Made by a program: the position numbers and the translations under genes. 12,396 bases of DNA from contig JAXGJB010000051.1 of the NCBI GenBank assembly GCA_040770465.1, positions 1 through 12,396 of the forward strand, in the 5' to 3' direction. Below, piece by piece: positions 1 through 7,460 of this stretch. Below the pieces are notes generated by a model. It saw nothing but the letters and a program-made list of their open reading frames with translations. It was not told where the DNA came from and did not search any database. Within the stretch, counting starts at the first letter, position 1. Every line of letters begins with the position of its first letter. This DNA comes from Methanothrix sp. (GTDB lineage Archaea > Halobacteriota > Methanosarcinia > Methanotrichales > Methanotrichaceae).

Positions 1-670
1 TTAGCTCCGAGTCGAGGGAGTAGATTATGGGGACGCCTGTCGGGATCTCGACCTTGGATATCCCCTCGTCTGAGATCCCGTCGAGGTGTTTCACCAGGGC
101 GCGGAGGGCGTTTCCGTGAGAGACGACGAGGACCCTTTTGCCCGACCTGATCTCGGGGGCGATCCGGGCGTTCCAGAAGGGGACGACCCGGCGTGAGACG
201 TCCGCCAGGGACTCGACGGACGGAAGCCGGTCCCGCGGGACGCCCCGGCATCGCTGGTCGAACCGGGGGTGGCGGGGGTCATCGAGATCGAGGGGCGGCG
301 GCGTCTCCGAAAAACCGCGCCGCCAGAGCCGGACCTGCTCCGGACCGAATTCGGCCGCTACCTCTCCCCAGGTCCTCCCCTGGAGCGCCCCATAGTGGCG
401 CTCGTTCAGCTCCCAGGCCTTCACAACTGGGACCCTTTCCAGGCCCATCTCCTCGGAGACGATCTCAAGGGTCCTGATCGCCCTCGTGAGGAGCGACGAA
501 AAGGCGATGTCGAACTCCAGCCCCTCGGAGCGCAGAAGTCGGCCCGCCCGCCGCGCCTCCTCCTCGCCCTGGGAAGAGAGGCCGACGTCGGTCCAGCCGG
601 TGAACCTCCGCTCGAGGTTGTAGACGGACTGGCCGTGGCGGAGGAGTATGAGGGTGAAGCTCGGTTTCAT
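1..670 (-). CDS. gpmA: 2,3-bisphosphoglycerate-dependent phosphoglycerate mutase (dPGM); 3' end runs off the window
   Basis: Not in the ORF track. Manual translation from ATG at 670: MKPSFTLILLRHGQSVYNLERRFTGWTDVGLSSQGEEEA...WELNERHYGALQG...LWRRGF...ESLADVSRRVVPFW...VLVVSHGNALRALVKHLDGISDEGISKVEIPTGVPIIYSLDSEL. It has the RHG phosphohistidine motif plus the FTGWxD, LNERHYGxLQG and HGNxLR motifs of GpmA. No stop codon before base 1. Confidence 0.95.
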   Translation of the reverse strand, partial: MKPSFTLILLRHGQSVYNLERRFTGWTDVGLSSQGEEEARRAGRLLRSEGLEFDIAFSSLLTRAIRTLEIVSEEMGLERVPVVKAWELNERHYGALQGRTWGEVAAEFGPEQVRLWRRGFSETPPPLDLDDPRHPRFDQRCRGVPRDRLPSVESLADVSRRVVPFWNARIAPEIRSGKRVLVVSHGNALRALVKHLDGISDEGISKVEIPTGVPIIYSLDSEL

Positions 671-780
671 AGAAAGCCCCGCGATCAGGATCGTGGCCGA
701 GAAAAAGAGGTCGGCCCAATTTCGAACAACCGTTGGCGGGGCTTCGGATAATCCTTCCGATCCGTCCTCAAAATTCCGCA

Positions 781-790
781 GAAAAAATAG
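781..790 (-). terminator. Possible oligo-T archaeal terminator downstream of the PUA gene
   Basis: Minus strand reads CTATTTTTTC about 20 nt after the PUA stop codon. Position and T-run only. Confidence 0.3.
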
Positions 791-810
791 GTGGTGACCG
801 GGCAGGCCCT

Positions 811-1002
811 TTAGAGCATGGCCCGGGCCGTGGTTATGACGTGGTTATTTCTGTCGACCACCAGAACCTCTTCTCCGTCGGCGATGTCCAGGTCGGCGTC
901 GATCACCTGGCGGCCGAAGACCCGACCGCCCCTCGCGACGAAGGGGACGGCGGCGTCCGAAATCACAAGCCTCTTTCTTCTTGGTGCTGCTTTCTCTGGC
1001 AA
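811..1002 (-). CDS. Small stand-alone PUA-domain (RNA-binding) protein
   Basis: RLVISDAAVPFVARGGRVFGRQVIDADLDIADGEEVLVVD is a typical PUA pattern, like the PUA of archaeosine tRNA-guanine transglycosylase. TTG start is preceded by a GAGGTG Shine-Dalgarno. Confidence 0.85.
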   Translation of the reverse strand: MPEKAAPRRKRLVISDAAVPFVARGGRVFGRQVIDADLDIADGEEVLVVDRNNHVITTARAML

Positions 1003-1185
1003 GAGTTATCACCTCTTTAGGGATAGGTGGGGCTCATTTGATATGAATTTTTTGGTGAAAAGTACGATTAAGTCTTAATTATGATGAGGATTTCCGCACC
1101 ATGGTTCAGGACGCCATAACGAGGAGAAAAAAAAAATCCTGATTTAGTTTTGAGGTCGTAGTTCTTGAGTACCTGGAGCGCCCCG

Positions 1186-1203
1186 ATAAATCATCTTAAT
1201 ATA
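1186..1203 (+). promoter_or_regulatory. Putative archaeal TATA box for the nitrilase gene (probably a leaderless transcript)
   Basis: TTAATATA at 1196-1203 ends 21 nt before ATG 1225, in an AT-rich divergent intergenic region. No Shine-Dalgarno in between. Confidence 0.5.
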
Positions 1204-1224
1204 CTCCGGCCTCATTTTTTGATC

Positions 1225-1968
1225 ATGATCGCGGCCTGCATCCAGCTCTCGATCCACCTCTGTGCGAGAGATGAGAATCTGCGGCGCTCCCTGGCCCTGG
1301 CGACCGAGGCCGTCGACGGGGGCGCGGAGATCCTCGTCTTCCCGGAGCTCTTCCTCACCGGCTTCTGCTACCGACGGGACCTATCCGACCGCCCCCCCTA
1401 CCCGTCCCTCGACCCCCTCCGGTCGTTTGTCGAGGAGCACGGCTGCCTGGTGGTGGGGTCCCTGGTGGATGGAAGGCTGAACCGGGGCTTCTGCCTCGAC
1501 GAAGAGGGGATCGGATTTCAGGATAAGATCCACCCCTTCGGGCCCGAGAAGGAGCACTTCGACGGCGGCGAATCGATATCGCCGATAAAGACCTCCAAGG
1601 GGAGGATCGGCCTATCCATCTGCTACGACCTCCGCTTCCCCGAGGTGGCGAGAAGCCTCGCCCTCTCGGGCGCCGACATCCTCGTCACCATCGCCCAGTT
1701 CCCTCCGTCCCGGGGGCACGTCTGGCAGTCCCTCTGCCGGGCTCGGGCGATCGAAAACCAGATCCACCACATAGGCTGCAACGGCGCTGGCCCCGAGCAC
1801 TCCGGCGGCTCGGTCATCCTCGACCCCTGGGGAAGGACCATCGCGGAGGCCGGGGCCGAGGAGGGGACGATCCTGGCCGAGATCGACCTCTCGGCCCGAG
1901 ACGAGGCCAGAAGGGAGATACCGGCCCTGGCGGACCGGAGGCCCGAAATTTACAGATTCCATGAGTGA
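1225..1968 (+). CDS. Carbon-nitrogen hydrolase (nitrilase/amidase superfamily, Nit/omega-amidase-like)
   Basis: Glu-Lys-Cys triad motifs LVFPELF, QDKIH and ICYDLRFPE, plus RARAIENQ and SVILDPWG. ATG 1225 (MIAACIQL) is preferred over the TTG 1165 given in the track. Confidence 0.93.
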   Translation: MIAACIQLSIHLCARDENLRRSLALATEAVDGGAEILVFPELFLTGFCYRRDLSDRPPYPSLDPLRSFVEEHGCLVVGSLVDGRLNRGFCLDEEGIGFQDKIHPFGPEKEHFDGGESISPIKTSKGRIGLSICYDLRFPEVARSLALSGADILVTIAQFPPSRGHVWQSLCRARAIENQIHHIGCNGAGPEHSGGSVILDPWGRTIAEAGAEEGTILAEIDLSARDEARREIPALADRRPEIYRFHE

Positions 1969-1980
1969 GAGATAACGAAG

Positions 1981-2040
1981 AGCGAGGAAGAGCGAGAAAG
2001 AGCAAAGAAGAGTAAGGACGAACAGAGAAGAACAGATCAG
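1981..2040 (+). repeat. Degenerate 10-bp-period purine-rich tandem repeat
   Basis: Consecutive decamers AGCGAGGAAG, AGCGAGAAAG, AGCAAAGAAG, AGTAAGGACG, AACAGAGAAG, AACAGATCAG. Confidence 0.55.
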
Positions 2041-2042
2041 AG

Positions 2043-3263
2043 ATGAAGCCCGAGACTATCAAGTTCCTACGCTCAAGGTTCAGGGAATACTACCTGGAGG
2101 TCTCCCTGGAGATGCCGCCAGAGCTCGAGCGGCGGGAGTGGGGCTTCATCCTCTTCGACGACATGCCGAAGTTCGTGATGCGCCGCCACAAGTCCTTCTC
2201 CACCAGGTCCGAGCTAGTCGACTACATCCGAACGTCGGTCCCCGCCCACGTCTACCACTCGGCAGCCTGCTACGGGCGGCCGGGCGCCCCCACCATGCGG
2301 GAGAAGGGGTGGCTCGGCGCCGACCTGATCTTCGATCTGGACGCCGACCACCTCCGAAACGCGCCCTCCTCCTACAACGAGATGCTCGACTTCGTCAAGA
2401 TCGAGACCATGAAGCTCCTGGACTTTCTCACCGACGACTTCGGCTTTGCCGCCTCGGACGTCCACGTCGTCTTCTCCGGCGGGAGGGGCTACCACATCCA
2501 CGTCCGGGACCCCCGGGTCTTCGAGCTTGAGAGCTCTGAGCGGCGCGAGATCGTCGATTATTTGACGGGCCGGGGGCTTGAGGTGAGCAGGTTCATCTCC
2601 GAAGGCCAGGCCGAAGGGGACTTCGGGGTCGAGACCGCCGGCGTCATCCGGTGCTCCCCCGCCGACTCGCCGGGTTGGGGAAAAAGGGTGAACAGGTCGA
2701 TGATCTCCTTCGTCGAGCAGATCAGATCCCTGGACGAGAAGGAGGCGGTGAAGATGCTCTCCTCTGTGGAGGGTATCGGAAAGGGAAACGCATCCAAATT
2801 CTATCGCAGCTTGATGAGAGACGATGCGCTGGATCTGATCCGCAAAGGTAAAAGTCTCGACTTCTTCAGGGGAAGCTCCAAAGTCTGGAGGCCCCTGATA
2901 GAGGGCTACCTCGAGGACGACGGGGTCTCCCTCGGCTTCTCCCGGGACCTGGAGAGCGGCGAGACCGACGAGCCGGTGACGACGGACGTCAAAAGGTTGA
3001 TAAGGTTCCCCCTCAGCCTCCACGGGGGGACGGGCCTGCGGGTGACCCCCCTCACCATCTCGGGCCTGGCAGCCTTCGACCCCCTCCGCGACGCCGTCGT
3101 CTTCGGCGACCGGCCCGTCGAGGTATGCCTGCGGGGACCCTTCTCCATCGAGATGCGGGGCGAGAGCTTCGACCTCGACGAGGGGCCTGTGGTCCTGCCC
3201 CAGTACGCGGCCGTATTCCTGGCGGCCCGGAAGATCGCGGAGCTGGGCAAAGCTTTAGACTGA
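2043..3263 (+). CDS. priS: DNA primase catalytic (small) subunit
   Basis: AEP motifs: REWGF, DLIFDLDAD (DxD), VFSGGRGYHIHV (SGxRGxH), DEPVTTDVKRLIRFPLSLHG. Gene context also fits. Confidence 0.97.
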   Translation: MKPETIKFLRSRFREYYLEVSLEMPPELERREWGFILFDDMPKFVMRRHKSFSTRSELVDYIRTSVPAHVYHSAACYGRPGAPTMREKGWLGADLIFDLDADHLRNAPSSYNEMLDFVKIETMKLLDFLTDDFGFAASDVHVVFSGGRGYHIHVRDPRVFELESSERREIVDYLTGRGLEVSRFISEGQAEGDFGVETAGVIRCSPADSPGWGKRVNRSMISFVEQIRSLDEKEAVKMLSSVEGIGKGNASKFYRSLMRDDALDLIRKGKSLDFFRGSSKVWRPLIEGYLEDDGVSLGFSRDLESGETDEPVTTDVKRLIRFPLSLHGGTGLRVTPLTISGLAAFDPLRDAVVFGDRPVEVCLRGPFSIEMRGESFDLDEGPVVLPQYAAVFLAARKIAELGKALD

Positions 3264-3311
3264 TGAGATTGTTTGATATCCCTCTCCGACCTGGTTTGGA
3301 GGGTGGCGACG

Positions 3312-3896
3312 ATGAGCGACCTGGATCTTGTGAACCTCCTGCGAAAAGAGCGAAAGGCGGCGGAGCTGTTGCCCCTGGAGCCCGGCTTCTACCAGAAGGT
3401 GGGCGAATACCTAGCCGAGCTGGAGCAAGATCGATCTCAAGTGAAGGACCCCTACTCCGTCGAGGCCCAGATCGTCGAGGACGAATTGAAGGCCGCCCGG
3501 GGGTCCATCGGCCGGCTCATCGACCTTCGGATCAAGAAGGTCACAAAGAAGGTCCAGCGCGCGGGCTCCGCATCGAAGGACGTGGCCGTCAAGGGGATGA
3601 CCCCCGAGGAGGAGCGGATTTACCGCGAGACCCTCGCCGCCCTCACCGAGGGGAGGGAGTCGATCCTCGCCCAGGTGAACCGGATCGAGCGCGCGACCAC
3701 CGAAAGGGCTTTAACACCCAAGAAGGGTATGGACCAAGAATACGCCCTTGTGATGATGATGGAGAGCGTTCCTACGTTCGTTGGCGTTGATGGGAGGCGT
3801 TACACCCTGAATCGGGGAGATCTGGTGATGCTTCCGGCTTTACATGCCAAGAACTTATGCAATAAAAATTTGGCTCGCGAATGCAAGCAGGTGTGA
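3312..3896 (+). CDS. gins: DNA replication complex GINS subunit (Gins15/Gins51 type)
   Basis: Helical A domain (LRKERK...LLPLEPGFY...DLRIKK...[10 protein letters not shown]) and C-terminal B domain ([23 protein letters not shown]). Lies directly after priS. ATG 3312 follows GGAGGG. Confidence 0.9.
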   Translation: MSDLDLVNLLRKERKAAELLPLEPGFYQKVGEYLAELEQDRSQVKDPYSVEAQIVEDELKAARGSIGRLIDLRIKKVTKKVQRAGSASKDVAVKGMTPEEERIYRETLAALTEGRESILAQVNRIERATTERALTPKKGMDQEYALVMMMESVPTFVGVDGRRYTLNRGDLVMLPALHAKNLCNKNLARECKQV

Positions 3897-3900
3897 ACCC

Positions 3901-4182
3901 ATGAAGATGCCAAAGGAGTTTAAAGCTCATTGTCCTTTCTGCAAGAAGCACACCACCCACGTGGTGGAGAGGGTGCGAAAGGGACGGGCCACCTCGATGG
4001 CCCACATAGACAGACAGAAGCACCGGGCCCAGGGAATAGGGAACTCTGGAAAGTTCTCGAAGGTTCCTGGCGGGGACAAGCCCACCAAGAGGCTGAACCT
4101 CAGGTACCGGTGCAGCGAGTGCAAGAAAGCCCACAACCGCAAGGGCTTCAAGGTCTCAAAGTTCGATCTGGTGGAGGGTTAA
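3901..4182 (+). CDS. rpl44e: 50S ribosomal protein L44e (eL42)
   Basis: MKMPK...[13 protein letters not shown]...[32 protein letters not shown]. Zn-ribbon and KPTK motif. ATG at 3901. Confidence 0.97.
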   Translation: MKMPKEFKAHCPFCKKHTTHVVERVRKGRATSMAHIDRQKHRAQGIGNSGKFSKVPGGDKPTKRLNLRYRCSECKKAHNRKGFKVSKFDLVEG

Positions 4183-4184
4183 AT

Positions 4185-4349
4185 CTGTCAAAATTTCTGA
4201 AGGTTAAGTGCGACGACTGCGAGAACGAGCAGGTCATCTTCGGCAACGCCGCCACCGTGGTCAAGTGCCTGGTCTGCGGAAGGACCCTGGCCGAGCCACT
4301 GGGCGGAAAGGCCCTGGTAAAGACCCAGATATTAGACGTGCTAGAGTGA
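4185..4349 (+). CDS. rps27e: 30S ribosomal protein S27e (eS27), apparent CTG start
   Basis: [42 protein letters not shown] is the eS27 signature. The plausible start is CTG at 4185, 7 nt after GGAGG (4173-4177). Confidence 0.95.
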   Translation: MSKFLKVKCDDCENEQVIFGNAATVVKCLVCGRTLAEPLGGKALVKTQILDVLE

Positions 4350-4354
4350 TAGAT

Positions 4355-5128
4355 ATGCAGCGAGAGGGTTGGCCTGAACAGGGGGAGCTTGTTGTCTGCA
4401 CCGTTGACCAGGTGGTGGACTTCGGCGCCTTTGTCATTCTGGACGAGTACGCGAACAAAAGAGGGCTGATCCACATATCGGAGGTGGCCAGCGGCTGGAT
4501 AAAGTACATCCGGGACCACGTCCGTGAAGGCCAGAAGATCGTCTGCAAGGTCCTCAACGTCGACCCCTCACGACACCACATCGATCTCTCTCTCAAAGAC
4601 GTCAACGAGCACCAGAGAAGGGATAAGATCCAGGCATGGAAGGCGGACCAGAAGGCCTGGAAGTGGCTCCAGATGGCCTATGAGGGGGATGAGGATCACC
4701 TGGCCGAGGTCACCGGTGCCCTCGTCAACGGATACGAGAGCCTCTACATGGCCCTGGAAGACGCGGTCGTCAGCGGGATCGACTCCCTGGCCGAGGCGGG
4801 GCTCAGCCCCGAGGACGCCTCGAAGGTCCTGGCCATATCCCAGGAGAACGTCAAGATACCCTACGTCGAGATCACCGGCTATGTGGACCTGACCAGCCCC
4901 GCCCCCGACGGGGTGGAGCAGATCAAAAAGGCCCTCAAGAAGGCGGCCCGGCCCAAGGAGGACGATGTCACCCTGGATGTCAGGTACGTTGGGGCTCCCC
5001 GCTACAGGATCCACGTCACCGCTCCCGACTACAAGCTGGCCGAGGCTGAGCTGCGGAAGGCGGCCCAGGCGGCGATAAAGTTCATAGTGAATCAGGGCGG
5101 CGAAGGAACCTTCCACAGGCAGGCATGA
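4355..5128 (+). CDS. eif2a: Translation initiation factor aIF2 subunit alpha
   Basis: WPEQGELVVCTV...GLIHISEVASGWIKYIRDHVREGQKIVCKVLNVD...HIDLSLK (S1 domain) and C-terminal YVGAPRYRI. ATG at 4355. Confidence 0.97.
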   Translation: MQREGWPEQGELVVCTVDQVVDFGAFVILDEYANKRGLIHISEVASGWIKYIRDHVREGQKIVCKVLNVDPSRHHIDLSLKDVNEHQRRDKIQAWKADQKAWKWLQMAYEGDEDHLAEVTGALVNGYESLYMALEDAVVSGIDSLAEAGLSPEDASKVLAISQENVKIPYVEITGYVDLTSPAPDGVEQIKKALKKAARPKEDDVTLDVRYVGAPRYRIHVTAPDYKLAEAELRKAAQAAIKFIVNQGGEGTFHRQA

Positions 5129-5286
5129 GATCTAAGATCAAGAAGTGCAGGGCCTGTAACCTGTACACCCTGAAGGACGTCTGCCCCATCTGCGGCGCAT
5201 CCACCAGCCAGACGAAGCCTGCGCGGTTCTCTCCCGAGGACCGGTACGGCAGGTACCGGCGGGCTCTGCGTCAGGAGGCCGAATGA
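5125..5286 (+). CDS. nop10: H/ACA ribonucleoprotein subunit Nop10
   Basis: Not in the ORF track (53 aa). MRSKIKKCRACNLYTLKDVCPICGASTSQTKPARFSPEDRYGRYRRALRQEAE has a Zn-ribbon and the PARFSPxDxYxxYR hallmark. ATGA overlaps with both neighbours. Confidence 0.96.
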   Translation: MRSKIKKCRACNLYTLKDVCPICGASTSQTKPARFSPEDRYGRYRRALRQEAE

Positions 5287-6047
5287 GAGAAACTATCGTT
5301 CGCAGAATTAAGGATATCGATCTCAACAACCCCGTTCTCATCGAAGGTCTTCCGGGGGTGGGACACGTCGGAAAGCTGGTGGCCGAACACCTCATCGAGG
5401 AGCTGGAAGCCGAGCTGGTCATTGAAGTATACTCGCCTCACCTTCCTCCTCAGGTTATCGTCCTGGACGACGGGACCGTAAAGCAGGTCCGAAACGAGAT
5501 CTACGTCCACCATGGCGAGAATCGAGATCTGCTCCTCCTGGTGGGAGACTTCCAGAGCGCCACAAACGAGGGGCACTACGAGCTGACGAGCACCTTCCTC
5601 GACCTCTGCGAGGAGTTCGGGGTAAAGAGGATCTACACCCTCGGAGGGTACGGTACCGGCCAGTTCGTCGACAAGCCCCAGGTACTGGGGGCCGCAAACA
5701 GCCTCGATCTCGTCGAGGAGATGAAAGGGTACGGTGTCGTCTTCCAGGAGAACGAGCCAGGTGGGGGTATAGTCGGCGTCAGCGGCCTTTTGGTTGGCCT
5801 CTCAAGGCTCAGGGACATCGACGCCGTCTGCCTGATGGGCACCACCAGCGGCTACCTCGTCGATCCCAAGAGCGCTCAGGAGGTCCTCCGGGTCTTGTCC
5901 AAGGCTCTCGAGATCGAGGTTGACATGCAGGCTCTGGAGGACCGGGCGAAGGAGATGGAGCGGATCGTCGGCAAGCTCCAGGAGATGGAGAAGGCCCAGA
6001 TGCCCTTCGAGACGAGCGGCGAAGAAGACCTCCGCTACATCGGATGA
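5283..6047 (+). CDS. Proteasome assembly chaperone PAC2-family protein (COG2047-like)
   Basis: PVLIEGLPGVGHVGKL, IYTLGGY, GGIVGVSGLL, CLMGTTSGYLVDPKSA, and a C-terminal LRYIG. Conserved position after nop10. Confidence 0.92.
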   Translation: MRETIVRRIKDIDLNNPVLIEGLPGVGHVGKLVAEHLIEELEAELVIEVYSPHLPPQVIVLDDGTVKQVRNEIYVHHGENRDLLLLVGDFQSATNEGHYELTSTFLDLCEEFGVKRIYTLGGYGTGQFVDKPQVLGAANSLDLVEEMKGYGVVFQENEPGGGIVGVSGLLVGLSRLRDIDAVCLMGTTSGYLVDPKSAQEVLRVLSKALEIEVDMQALEDRAKEMERIVGKLQEMEKAQMPFETSGEEDLRYIG

Positions 6048-6054
6048 TATTTTC

Positions 6055-7389
6055 ATGATCAATGACCTCTTCGAGAGCGCGCGCCTCCTCCTCGCCTTGG
6101 CCGAGAAGGCTGGCGCCGAGGAGGCCGAGGTGTTCGGCCTTGAGGCTAGGTCCGTCGACGTCGATCTCCGGAGAGACCGGGCGGAGATGGCAAGCGAGAG
6201 CCGGTCTCGCGGCCTCGGTCTCCGGGCAGTTTTGAGGGGGGCGGTCGGCTTCTCGTCCACCAGCGACCTCTCAAAGCTGGATATGGTGGCCGAGAGCGCG
6301 GTCAGGGCCGCCCGGGCCCGGGGGCCCGACGACAAGTGGCGTTCCCTCCCCTTCCCGGCGAGGCCGGCATCGCCCGAGGGGGTCTTCGACCCGGTCGCGG
6401 CGGAGATGGGGCCGGAGGACTGTCTCGACCTGGCGACGACCCTCATCGCTGGCGCGAAGTCGATCGCAGGCGCAGAGCCGGTCTCCGGAGGGGTCTCCGT
6501 CATCTCCGGCTCGGAGCTTCTGGCGAACTCCAACGGCCTGGAGCTGGACGAGCGGGGGACCATCTTCACCGCCTATATCGAGACGGTGGCGAGGGGCGAG
6601 GACGGCACCGTGGCTACAGGCTACGATTTTGCGAACTCCAGGTCGGCTCTCGCCGACCTCGGTGACGTGGGAAGGTCTGCATCAGACCTCGCGCGAAGGT
6701 CGCTCGGCGGCGGCCGTGCCGAGAGCGGGAAGGCCGAGGTACTCCTGGGGCCGATAGCCTTCGCAGACATCCTCGACAACGCCTTCATCCCCTCGACCTT
6801 CGCAGATCAGGTCCAGAAGCGGAGGTCCAGCCTGGCGGGGAAGATAGGCGAGGCCGTCGCTATAGAGAGCTTGAAGATCATCGACGACGGCCTCCTTTCC
6901 GGCGGGATGGCTTCCTCCAGCTTCGACGGCGAGGGCGTCCCGTCCCAGAGGACGACCCTGGTGGAGAAAGGCGTCCTCAGGGCTTATCTTTACGATTCCT
7001 ATGCCGCCGGCAAAGAGGCGGAGGAGACGAAGAGCACCGGGAACGCCGACCGGCCGGGGTACGCTGGGATTCCGAGGATCGGGACGACGAACGTCGTCGC
7101 CACATCATCCGACCCCTCGAACGTCCTGGCGGAGACGGAGAGGGGTTACCTCGTCACCGGCGTCATCGGCGCTCACACCGCAAACCCCGTATCAGGCGAC
7201 TTCTCGGTCGAGGCGAGGAACGTCTTTGTCGTCGAAGACGGCACGGCCCCAAAACCGATCCGGTCCCTGATGCTGGCGGGAAACGTCTTCGACCTACTCT
7301 CGTCGATCAGGGTGGGGACGGACGCGCGGATGGTGGGGTCGTTTGTGGTTCCCACCGTCAAGGCGGAGATGAAGGTCGTCGGAAGCTGA
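6055..7389 (+). CDS. pmbA: TldD/PmbA family protein, PmbA (TldE) type
   Basis: GLGLRAV...GFSST, FDGEGVPSQRT, LYDSYAA, STGNA, ANPVSGDFS. No HExxxH motif, so TldE-like. ATG 6055 is preferred over the track start 5920, which overlaps the previous gene. Confidence 0.9.
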   Translation: MINDLFESARLLLALAEKAGAEEAEVFGLEARSVDVDLRRDRAEMASESRSRGLGLRAVLRGAVGFSSTSDLSKLDMVAESAVRAARARGPDDKWRSLPFPARPASPEGVFDPVAAEMGPEDCLDLATTLIAGAKSIAGAEPVSGGVSVISGSELLANSNGLELDERGTIFTAYIETVARGEDGTVATGYDFANSRSALADLGDVGRSASDLARRSLGGGRAESGKAEVLLGPIAFADILDNAFIPSTFADQVQKRRSSLAGKIGEAVAIESLKIIDDGLLSGGMASSSFDGEGVPSQRTTLVEKGVLRAYLYDSYAAGKEAEETKSTGNADRPGYAGIPRIGTTNVVATSSDPSNVLAETERGYLVTGVIGAHTANPVSGDFSVEARNVFVVEDGTAPKPIRSLMLAGNVFDLLSSIRVGTDARMVGSFVVPTVKAEMKVVGS

Positions 7390-7414
7390 TGGTAAAAGTC
7401 GGCGGCCGAAGGGC

Positions 7415-7432
7415 AGCCGAGTTATATAAATA
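7415..7432 (+). promoter_or_regulatory. Putative BRE/TATA promoter of prs
   Basis: TTATATAAAT at 7422-7431 in an otherwise GC-rich context, about 30 nt before the start codon. Confidence 0.6.
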
Positions 7433-7460
7433 AAATTTAAAAATATTGAGGCGATTAGTG

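Noticed and set aside
269-751. 160-aa plus-strand ORF and other short ORFs within 91-751
   Set aside because: Shadows of gpmA, which has clear family motifs on the minus strand.
2214-3023. 269-aa minus-strand ORF, and similarly 4568-5116, 5802-6569 and 7749-8180
   Set aside because: Antisense ORFs over recognised genes, expected in high-GC DNA, with no motifs.
3125-3790. 221-aa alternate-frame ORF spanning priS and gins, as a possible overlapping gene
   Set aside because: Arg/Gly/Pro-rich off-frame composition, and both real genes are intact.
3930-4349. 139-aa ORF as an N-terminally extended eS27, or an L44e-S27e frameshift fusion
   Set aside because: The extension is an off-frame reading of rpl44e, which has a normal stop. 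GGAGG plus CTG 4185 is the simpler explanation.
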